Positions 55,667 to 63,059 of a DNA stretch of 64,000 nucleotides are shown here, one piece after another. The notes under the pieces were generated by a model that worked only from the letters and a program-made list of their open reading frames with translations, was not told the DNA's origin and searched no databases. Each line of letters opens with the position of its first letter. Positions within the stretch are counted from its first letter, which is position 1. A program made the position numbers and the translations under genes. Origin of the DNA: Ignavibacteriota bacterium (GTDB lineage: Bacteria > Bacteroidota > Ignavibacteria > UBA10030). The DNA lies in assembly GCA_963790045.1 (NCBI GenBank), contig CAWBMS010000007.1, positions 591,545 to 655,544 on the forward strand. Direction: 5' to 3'.

Positions 55667-56323
55667 ATGGAAGAACTCAACACAACGGTCGAAAAAGCGC
55701 AGGACTTATTAGCCACGGCGAAGAAACATCCGAAGACCGCGGATGCGAATGGCATTAGCGACAGCGCAACAACCAAACTGGAAAATGCAGTAGCGGACGC
55801 AACGGCAAAGGATGTCGTGCAGCAAAAGGCGATGAAGGATGCGGAGGATGCGACTGCCGCGCAGGATGCGGCAATGGCAACTGCTTCGGCATTGTTTGGC
55901 TCCACGCTGAACGCTGCAAAGGCAGCTTATGAAGAAGAGAATCCGCAGAAGCTGAAACGATACCCTATCGGGGAAGAAAAGATCGAAACGGTAAAGGATA
56001 TGAAAAGCTCCATAAAGTATTTGCAGACGATTGCGACGGAAGATTCCGCCGACCTACTGGCCAACGGATTGACGACCGCGGATACAGGCCAGAGCGATGC
56101 ACTGAAAGCACAAAAAAAGGCGACGGCTGCGCGCAATGCTTCTGAACTAAAACTGAAGGCGGCGATGCGCCGCGTGGAGAATCAGGCACGGAGCGTGTTT
56201 GCCAAGCAGAAGGATGTGCTGGTGGAATTTGTTCCTCCGCGCAAACCGGCGACAAAGAACAAAACTGATACAAAGGCGAAAGTGGCAACGGACTCATCCG
56301 CAGCGGCGGAGACGAAAAAGTAA
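55667..56323 (+). CDS. hypothetical Ala/Lys-rich alpha-helical protein
   Basis: GGAGG 7 nt upstream of the ATG. 218 aa, low-complexity helical sequence with no signal peptide. No family recognised. Confidence 0.45.
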   Translation: MEELNTTVEKAQDLLATAKKHPKTADANGISDSATTKLENAVADATAKDVVQQKAMKDAEDATAAQDAAMATASALFGSTLNAAKAAYEEENPQKLKRYPIGEEKIETVKDMKSSIKYLQTIATEDSADLLANGLTTADTGQSDALKAQKKATAARNASELKLKAAMRRVENQARSVFAKQKDVLVEFVPPRKPATKNKTDTKAKVATDSSAAAETKK

Positions 56324-56383
56324 AAATATATGCTACCTTTTTATGACCTCACCCTAAGAGGCTGTCCAATAAGCCAAAATATT

Positions 56384-56519
56384 GGTAGGACAAACATTCC
56401 TGTTTGTCGTTTTTGTTGTATAATGGACAGGCAAGAATGCCTATCCTACCATTAATCGTAATTATAGGACAACCTCAAGGGGGTTAAAATAATTGGTAGT
56501 CGAACCATTTATGGTTCGC
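56384..56519. repeat. REP/REPIN-like cluster (GGACA-class doublet plus one CGA-class unit)
   Basis: GGTAGGACAAACATTCCTGTTTGTC (56384-56408). Inverted GGACAGGCAAGAATGCCTATCCTACC (56425-56450). GGTAGTCGAACCATTTATGGTTCGC (56495-56519). Confidence 0.75.
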
Positions 56520-56572
56520 TTAACGTCTTGGGTATGCAAAGCCGTTGATGAAAAGGTGACGTTTAAATATTT

Positions 56573-57874
56573 TTGGAAGATAAAACGATAGACATCAAAA
56601 AAATATTATGCGATGCAATGTTGTTTATGGTTCAGTTATCGTTTGCACAATGGGCGAAGATGCCAATTGCGCCGAGATGGTTTTATACGGACGGGAAAAA
56701 TCTGTGGGCGGAATATGATGGACTTTATCTTTTCAGCGATTCATCCTGCTCTTGGGTACGAACCGATGTAAATTTACCAAGTAATTTTTCTGCAAGTGCA
56801 ATTGCTGCCGATGACACCGTGCTATTTCTTGGTGGTGAATGGGGCGGCTTATATCGTTCATTAGACCGTGGTAAACATTGGTCGCCATGCGATTCGGAGT
56901 TAACATACAATAAAATTATTGGTTCAATAACGATACAAAGGAATAATGTGTATGCTGCATCGGTTCAAGGATTGTACTCTTCGTCCGATAGAGGAACTTC
57001 GTGGCAATATCATGATTTTTCCACCTGGCCTGAAAATTGTTCAGTCGATGCCATTATTGTTACAGATTCTACGATATGTGTGTCCATTTCTATCTGGTAT
57101 ATATTGGATATTCAACAAAGGGTAAGAACCGAGATGTACACGCAAAATCAACTGCTTAAAGGAACGAAAACAAATACAACGACAATAGAAGATGGTGTTT
57201 ATTATTCAACCAATACCGGTAAAGATTGGACACTTGCGGATTATGGTAATGTATCATCATTTGTGATGTGTGATAGTACTATATTTGGTTTTGGTGAATC
57301 AGCATTTCTTTATCGGACAACCAATGATGGAAAATCCTGGGACTTCCTTACGGGGTTGATGTATGAAGATATGACATCCATCGCTGGTGCTCACGGAATT
57401 CTTTTTGCGGGAACAAGTAAGGGACTGTATTATTCATCTGATAATGGAACTCATTGGCAGCCCAGCGATACAACGCTTACGAACAAAGTTATTTATGTAA
57501 CAGCACTATATTTGAATAAATTATTTATTGTTACCGATGAAGGAGGATTTTATCGTCCTTTATCGGAAGTCATACCGACGAGTATTCAAACAGAAAACGA
57601 ATATCGTCCTCAACAGTTTGTTCTTCAACAGAACTATCCGAATCCGTTTAATCCGTCAACCGTGATTCGTTATTCGTTATCTGTTAATGGTTTTGTCTCA
57701 CTGAAAGTATTTGATGTTCTTGGAAGAGAAGTAGCAACGTTAGTGAATGAACGGCAGGTGGCAGGAAGTCATCAAGTAACATTTAATGCAGGCAACTTCT
57801 CCAGCGGTATTTATTTTTACCGGCTGCAAGCGGGAGGATTTTCAGAGACAAGAAAATTAATTTTATTAAAATAG
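56573..57874 (+). CDS. BNR/Asp-box repeat beta-propeller protein with T9SS C-terminal sorting domain
   Basis: SLDRGKHW, SSDRGTSW, STNTGKDW, TTNDGKSW and SSDNGTHW repeats. C-terminal QNYPNPFNPSTVIRYSL...RKLILLK. Start is uncertain (TTG 56573). Confidence 0.75.
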   Translation: MEDKTIDIKKILCDAMLFMVQLSFAQWAKMPIAPRWFYTDGKNLWAEYDGLYLFSDSSCSWVRTDVNLPSNFSASAIAADDTVLFLGGEWGGLYRSLDRGKHWSPCDSELTYNKIIGSITIQRNNVYAASVQGLYSSSDRGTSWQYHDFSTWPENCSVDAIIVTDSTICVSISIWYILDIQQRVRTEMYTQNQLLKGTKTNTTTIEDGVYYSTNTGKDWTLADYGNVSSFVMCDSTIFGFGESAFLYRTTNDGKSWDFLTGLMYEDMTSIAGAHGILFAGTSKGLYYSSDNGTHWQPSDTTLTNKVIYVTALYLNKLFIVTDEGGFYRPLSEVIPTSIQTENEYRPQQFVLQQNYPNPFNPSTVIRYSLSVNGFVSLKVFDVLGREVATLVNERQVAGSHQVTFNAGNFSSGIYFYRLQAGGFSETRKLILLK

Positions 57875-57885
57875 ATGAGATCAAG

Positions 57886-58074
57886 ATGTCTGATAAGAAA
57901 CATATCAGCGCAATGGAATATTTGCATTTAGTTTCGGTAGGGAATCCGGCGACGCCGGCAGAGAGAGGACATGCCGCATGTCCATGTCCCAAAGAATGCA
58001 CGCTGCATGGCGAGTGCAATTTGTGTACAGCGTACCATGCAAGGAAAAATCAATTGCCGAGATGCCAGCGATGA
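57886..58074 (+). CDS. small Cys-rich protein, DUF6485-like, copy 2
   Basis: 62 aa. Shares a 43-nt identical core with copy 1. Downstream differences are almost all synonymous. Confidence 0.6.
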   Translation: MSDKKHISAMEYLHLVSVGNPATPAERGHAACPCPKECTLHGECNLCTAYHARKNQLPRCQR

Positions 58075-58130
58075 GGAAGGGTAGAAGGTAGAAGATAATT
58101 GGCAGTTCACGTGGCAACTTGAAGATGCAA

Positions 58131-58152
58131 AGCCGCCGTAATACCGGCGGCT
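58131..58152. terminator. GC-rich hairpin between convergent genes
   Basis: AGCCGCCG-taatac-CGGCGGCT lies between stop 58074 (+) and stop 58190 (-). No clear U-tract on either strand. Confidence 0.4.
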
Positions 58153-58189
58153 TCGCCAGTATCGAGAAGGGATTTCCCATGTTTACTGT

Positions 58190-59092
58190 TCAGTGATTAT
58201 TTTTCAGGGATTGTCTCCAGAACTCGAACGATAACCACCAATCGATTTCATGCGCCCATTGCCGCTCGCCGGCATAATAACGTTCAACCATGGATTGAAT
58301 GTGTTGAACATCGTACGCCGAATAGTTTTGAAATTCCTGCGAGTGAACATGATCGCAGATATATTCTTTCAGCAAATCCAGCATGGCGTATCTGCGCATA
58401 TCCGCATAGGGTTTTCCAAATTTCTTTTTCAAAAGCGTCCAGAGGTGAGCAGGTACCGTAGAGAACCGGTACGGATAGGTTGTTCCTCCCTTCACCAAAG
58501 GGAATGCAGCGAGTTCTGGGCAGTAGCGCGTAATTATTTGCCGGAAGAGTCTTCCCTTTCTTTTCAAGTGCATAGGAATGCGAAACGTACTTTGCAAAAC
58601 CGAGGGCTGCAAGTACGGCATATAGCTCATAATGAAAGCGTCGGTGCGTGCCTGCTCAACGCCGGAATAATTTGGGAATCGTGTACGAATAGTCAGCAGA
58701 TCGACAAAGTCTTCATCGGTAACCAGAGGGTGCGAAGCGGTTTCGTCCAGATACCATTGCATCTGCCGGACAAATCCTCGTTCCATCGTTTCAACAGCAC
58801 CTTGATGAAAAATTGCAGCACGCGGAACCGTCATATAGCGAATCATTTGGTTTGCGGCTCGTTGCCGGAGCGCGTTCGATCCTTTTATGAGCAAACGATT
58901 GAACGATTGCCGCCGCGCCATTTCTCCGAACGAACCATCTAAGAGAAGCGATGCGTGTTTGGCGACAAGATCAACTGCACCGACATTGATAATTGCCGAT
59001 GCTGGGTTGGTTACATAAATTTGTGCGAGATATTCACGCAAGCGAGCAAGCAATTCGTCGGAAGTTTGTGGAATATATTGTTCATGTAACAT
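58190..59092 (-). CDS. asparagine synthetase-like protein, C-terminal fragment (frameshift-split)
   Basis: In-frame part from MLHEQYIPQTSDELL (59092) to the stop. The upstream 155 codons of track ORF 58190..59557 overlap the N-terminal fragment out of frame. Confidence 0.6.
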   Translation of the reverse strand: MLHEQYIPQTSDELLARLREYLAQIYVTNPASAIINVGAVDLVAKHASLLLDGSFGEMARRQSFNRLLIKGSNALRQRAANQMIRYMTVPRAAIFHQGAVETMERGFVRQMQWYLDETASHPLVTDEDFVDLLTIRTRFPNYSGVEQARTDAFIMSYMPYLQPSVLQSTFRIPMHLKRKGRLFRQIITRYCPELAAFPLVKGGTTYPYRFSTVPAHLWTLLKKKFGKPYADMRRYAMLDLLKEYICDHVHSQEFQNYSAYDVQHIQSMVERYYAGERQWAHEIDWWLSFEFWRQSLKNNH

Positions 59093-59930
59093 GCGAATAG
59101 TGTAATCGTTCCGCAATAGCAGTTGAGACGACAACGTCGGGATCGACCAAATCGCCAAACACATGAAGCCGCAGATTCTTTTTTCCCATCGATGTGTACA
59201 ATGCGAGCAGTACTCTCGAATCCAATCCTCCGGAAAGGCCAAATGAAATTGATTCTGGAGAAACGTTTTCCGGAATGAGTAAGGGCTTGAGCACTTCTTC
59301 AAAATCATTGTTGCCATGGGAACCGAATTCTTTTTTCCATACAACATCACGGTGCTCGAACGATGTTGCAGTGCATCGTGCGTTGCTTCCGGGACCAAGC
59401 CGATAGATTTGATGAACAGGGCTCCAGCATGAAATTTGGTTGAAAGCAAGCCATTGCGGACCGAAGGATTCGTAATCGATGTCGTTGTTGTTTGATGCAC
59501 GGGCAACCCAGTCCAACCTTGTTGAGATGACCATGCCGTGAGCAGTTTTTGCCGCATAAAAACTCCTCATTCCAAGTTGATCGGTGAAGATTTGAATTTC
59601 CCGATCGTTCAATCGGATGGCAACAAAATGTCCATCGAGCCGGGACAAATCAGGTTGTGGCGCTGCAAGAACCGAACCCCATTGCGCTCGAGAATAAAAC
59701 GAACTATGTCCGTTTTCTGATTGGATGCCAAGCCCTGCTACGAGCCATGCATTCCAATCGGAAGTTTGCGATGCCGAAAATTTTTCCTCGAAACAAGTTG
59801 ATGAAATGCCTCCTGCGACAAGATGGACGTTATTTGTTTGGACAGTTATTATTGGCTGGGGATGGAGCGCAAAGATATGCTTCTTTTCTGCCTCAGTAAA
59901 TGTACCGATGGTTCCTAGAATCCAACTCAT
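59082..59930 (-). CDS. asparagine synthetase-like protein, N-terminal fragment (frameshift-split); lacks the Cys nucleophile
   Basis: MSWILGTIG in place of the canonical MCGI. PP-loop motif FGLSGGLDSRVL. Ends ...AIAERLHYSHVT-stop at 59082, just where the other frame continues. Confidence 0.6.
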   Translation of the reverse strand: MSWILGTIGTFTEAEKKHIFALHPQPIITVQTNNVHLVAGGISSTCFEEKFSASQTSDWNAWLVAGLGIQSENGHSSFYSRAQWGSVLAAPQPDLSRLDGHFVAIRLNDREIQIFTDQLGMRSFYAAKTAHGMVISTRLDWVARASNNNDIDYESFGPQWLAFNQISCWSPVHQIYRLGPGSNARCTATSFEHRDVVWKKEFGSHGNNDFEEVLKPLLIPENVSPESISFGLSGGLDSRVLLALYTSMGKKNLRLHVFGDLVDPDVVVSTAIAERLHYSHVT

Positions 59931-60010
59931 ACGTGTTATCTCTCGTTTAGGTGATTACGAAAACAAAGTAACCGAATTGTGAAAAAGATGCAAGATAAAA
60001 TTTTATACAA

Positions 60011-60038
60011 AGCCGTCAATTTGCTGGCGGCTTTTTTT
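60011..60038 (+). terminator. orphan rho-independent terminator-like hairpin abutting the IS
   Basis: AGCCGTC-aatttgct-GGCGGCT followed by a T7 run (60032-60038). No plus-strand gene lies upstream of it in the current arrangement. Confidence 0.4.
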
Positions 60039-60042
60039 ATAT

Positions 60043-60758
60043 TAGGGTCTTGTCTAGGAAATTTCAGTAAATTTCTTGTAAGACCTTATGAAATATAGCA
60101 AGTTAAGCGATTATCAGATAAAAAAGATTTTAAAGAGTTTTTCGTTAGAATTAACCTCGATACAAACCGCTCGTCAACTGAATTTGAATCGCCATACGGT
60201 TGACCGTTACTACGAAATCTTTCGAGAGAAGATCGCTGCGTATGAGGAAGAACATCTGCGACCACTCTCAGGCAATATCGAAATCGACGAATCCTATTTT
60301 GGTTCTCGTCACGTTGGCGATAAACGTGGACGTGGTGCACCCAACAAGGTTCCTGTGGTGGGAATCTTAAAACGTCAGGGCAAGGTGTATGCAACGGTGA
60401 TTCCTGATGCATCATCAAAAACCCTTCTCCCTATTATCGAAAAACTTGTTGCTAAGTCCAAAACCAATGTGTATACCGATAAGTGGCGTAGTTATGACGG
60501 TCTTGTCCTTTCGGGTTACAAACATTATCGGATTAACCATTCGATAGAATTCGCTCGGAACCATAACCACATCAACGGTATTGAATCGTTCTGGTCGTAT
60601 GTCAAACGGAAAATGAGAAAACATAATGGTATTGTTCGTCATAAGTTTTACTTCTACTTGAAAGAATCTGAATTTCGTTTCAATCATCGTGACAACGATC
60701 TTTACTCTTTACTAATATCTATTATCTTTAACACCTAATTCTTCTAGACAAGACCCTT
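60043..60758 (+). mobile_element. IS1595-family insertion sequence (small IS1016-like size class)
   Basis: Terminal inverted repeats with a perfect 14-bp core: AGGGTCTTGTCTAG (60044-60057) and CTAGACAAGACCCT (60744-60757). AT-rich TTATAT on both flanks. Single transposase ORF. Confidence 0.8.
60088..60738 (+). CDS. IS1595 family transposase (DDE_Tnp_IS1595)
   Basis: 216 aa. IEIDESYFG, VPVVGILKRQGKVYA, VYTDKWRSYDGL and INGIESFWSYVKRKM are typical IS1595/ISXO2-like blocks. Confidence 0.85.
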   Translation: MKYSKLSDYQIKKILKSFSLELTSIQTARQLNLNRHTVDRYYEIFREKIAAYEEEHLRPLSGNIEIDESYFGSRHVGDKRGRGAPNKVPVVGILKRQGKVYATVIPDASSKTLLPIIEKLVAKSKTNVYTDKWRSYDGLVLSGYKHYRINHSIEFARNHNHINGIESFWSYVKRKMRKHNGIVRHKFYFYLKESEFRFNHRDNDLYSLLISIIFNT

Positions 60759-60830
60759 ATATTATTTAAAAAGAAAATTGTGTACCCTATAGAAACAAGA
60801 ATTCAACTATTATAACATACTGGAGTTTCT

Positions 60831-61388
60831 ATGGACGCGATTTTCGAATCAAAATTATTTAAACAAATTCTACCGCTTATTCTACTTGCCGGAGTGATTT
60901 ATGCCGCAGTATTCTCTACGCTGGCCTACCGCTCCTCATCGCTGCGCATCGGATACGTTGACGCCAAAACGCTGACGCTGCAATATCCGGCTGCGGTGAA
61001 AGCTCAAAAGGAATTTGACCAGAAAACCGAAGAGCTGAAGGAGAAGAATCAGGCATTGCAAACAGAGCTGGCGAATCTCCAGCAGGATTACGCTGCAAAC
61101 CATGATAAATGGGATCGCGCAAAACTTGCCGCGAAAGAAATCGAGTTTAAACAGAAGCAGGAAAATTATCAACGCTTTGCGCAATCCGCCAATGCAACGG
61201 CGCAACAGTTGCAGCAGGAATTATTGCAGCCAGTCTTTGCAGAAATCCGCGTCAAGATCGGAGAATTCGGCAAAGCACAGAGTTATAGTTTAATTCTGGA
61301 ATCGACAGAAGGTGGAGAAATTTTATACGGTGATAAAGGAACCGACGTAACCGATGCGTTCATCAAATACGCCCAATCGAAAAACTGA
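60831..61388 (+). CDS. OmpH/Skp family periplasmic chaperone
   Basis: N-terminal hydrophobic segment, RIGYVD start of the domain, and a long coiled-coil rich in Q/K/E (KTEELKEKNQALQTELANLQQDY). 185 aa. Confidence 0.75.
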   Translation: MDAIFESKLFKQILPLILLAGVIYAAVFSTLAYRSSSLRIGYVDAKTLTLQYPAAVKAQKEFDQKTEELKEKNQALQTELANLQQDYAANHDKWDRAKLAAKEIEFKQKQENYQRFAQSANATAQQLQQELLQPVFAEIRVKIGEFGKAQSYSLILESTEGGEILYGDKGTDVTDAFIKYAQSKN

Positions 61389-61420
61389 GTTTCAAATTTT
61401 TTCATGAAAAGGAGAATGAT

Positions 61421-61960
61421 ATGAAATCCCAAAAATTATTTGTGGTAGTATTAGCGCTTCTGATTATTTCTTCCATCGGTGTTTGTCAGGAACAGCAATC
61501 GAAAATAATTCCTCCGGATACGCTGCTTGCCGTAGCGAAGGAGATGATCAACTCGCAGCAGTTTTGTGCATTGATTACCGTTGATTCTACGGGAATGCCG
61601 ATTGCGCGAACGGTGAATCCGTTGCTGCCGGAAAACGATTGGACGATCTGGGTTGCGACAAGCGTTAAGAGCAGAAAAGTTGAAAACATCCGTTTCCATC
61701 CGCAGGTGAGTTTATATTATGCGGACCATGCGCATATAACCGGGTATGTCAATGTGCGCGGTAAAGCATATCTGGTGAATGATATGTCGGAAAAGCAAAA
61801 ACGGAAACGAGAATACTGGGAACAAATGTATCCGGGATTGAAAGACCTCATCCTGATTAAAGTTGTGCCGGAAGAAATCGAAGTTGTAAATTATCCGCAC
61901 GGCATTAACAATGCTCCGGGAACATCGAAAGCGCCTTCGGTGAAGCTGCCAAGAAAATGA
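61421..61960 (+). CDS. pyridoxamine 5'-phosphate oxidase family protein (secreted or general-stress-protein-26-like)
   Basis: FCALITVDSTGMPIARTVNP...IWVATSVKSRKVENIRFHPQVSLYY follows the PNPOx-like split-barrel pattern. Has an N-terminal signal-like segment. Confidence 0.7.
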   Translation: MKSQKLFVVVLALLIISSIGVCQEQQSKIIPPDTLLAVAKEMINSQQFCALITVDSTGMPIARTVNPLLPENDWTIWVATSVKSRKVENIRFHPQVSLYYADHAHITGYVNVRGKAYLVNDMSEKQKRKREYWEQMYPGLKDLILIKVVPEEIEVVNYPHGINNAPGTSKAPSVKLPRK

Positions 61961-61963
61961 TGA

Positions 61964-62627
61964 ATGGAACGTGATGAGAAAAATACGCCGGCTCTTGATC
62001 TTTTATCTGCCGGTGAATTTTCCTGTTGGCTCCGGCGCATGCGTTCATCGTTACTGAATGGAAAAAACATGAAAGTTCCATGCGGCGAGTGCACGGCGTG
62101 CTGCCGCGCATCGTTACTTTATTCATATCAAAGCAAACGAAGCTAAATCATTAAAGCACATTCCCAAAGAATTATTGTTTCCTGCTCCGCTGCATCCTGA
62201 GGGAGATCATGTGATGGGATACGATCGTGATGGCCGGTGTCCGATGTTGAAGAAAGAGGGCTGTTTGATTTATCAGTATCGTCCGGAAACATGCCGCACA
62301 TTCGATTGCAGAATTCTCGCAGCAGCCGGACTTACATCGGCAGAAAAACACAATCCAGTTTTTCAACAGGCGAAAAGATGGAAGTTTACCTTTCCGGCAC
62401 AAAAGGATCGCGAAGAATTTGCCGCGGTTCAACGTGCTGCAGGGTTTTTTCAAAGTCATCCCAACCTTTTTGGCGATGCTGTTTCCCAGATGGATGCGAT
62501 CCGGATGTCGGTCGCTGCGGTAAAAGTGTACGATCAATTTGTGGATAGTGACGGGAAGCGAGCAACTACGCAAGAAGTGAGGAGAACGTTTGAGGAATTC
62601 GAACATGTTCAATCACGCAAAAAATGA
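61964..62627 (+). pseudogene. YkgJ-family (CxxCxxCC) zinc/iron-chelating protein, frameshifted near 62111-62117 (or assembly indel)
   Basis: ORF 61964..62146 has VPCGECTACCRAS then junk. The next frame reads YFIHIKANEAKSLKHIPKELLFPAPL...GRCPMLKKEGCLIYQYRPETCRTFDC (track ORF 62175..62627). One extra T sits in TCGTTAC. Confidence 0.7.
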
Positions 62628-63059
62628 AAGCAATAAAGCGATGAACGGTTTCGTGATTAAGAGAACAGAAGATATCGAACTTCTTATCAAGTTCGTAAGG
62701 ATTTTTGTGTAGAATCTTCATTCCGAAACTTTCGACAACAAAAGGAACAAACTCGAAACGAACATGCGGGATTTTTACAGAATGAGTTATGCTGCGGTGC
62801 AGCCCTTCTTATTTATTCTACGCCGCCAGACTCAAATCTGTCATCACAAAACGGATTGAAGAATGGGCGAAGAAATGTTACATTGCAGCAAGTATTTTAT
62901 GTGGCATGCAGCAAACTAAAAACGACAGACATGCAAAAAAACTTCTTTGTAGAAAACTCTTTTGTTGCATTATCCGTTGTGTCTTTATATGGAATCGATC
63001 AGACAATGACATGCCAAAATGTTTTTAATAAGTTTGCTCTCTCAATAAAAAGGAATACT

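Noticed and set aside
295-58942. Many long track ORFs lie antisense to, or out of frame within, recognisable genes. Examples: 295..654 +, 530..997 +, 1116..1406 +, 13261..13671 -, 16473..17057 -, 27087..27599 -, 45716..46177 -, 50716..51420 +, 58250..58942 +, 62999..63421 -.
   Set aside because: Each is fully embedded in a gene whose product has clear family motifs on the other strand or frame. Their translations are low-complexity or Arg/Cys/Ser-rich with no recognisable motifs. They are shadow ORFs.
55252-59930. Lasso-peptide or other RiPP cluster, with the AsnB-like enzyme as cyclase and the 62-aa Cys-rich ORFs as precursors.
   Set aside because: There is no B-type protease/RRE, transporter or other tailoring gene. 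The small proteins match a conserved stand-alone family pattern (DUF6485-like) rather than a leader-core layout. The genes are convergent, not co-transcribed.
62592-62800. A short minus-strand reading frame (...RFEFVPFVVESFGMKILHKNPYELDKKFDIFCSLNHETVHRFIAF...) downstream of the ykgJ-like gene.
   Set aside because: The only Met gives a ~54-aa product overlapping the ykgJ-like 3' end. No family motif was recognised. It could be a gene remnant, but the evidence is insufficient to call it.
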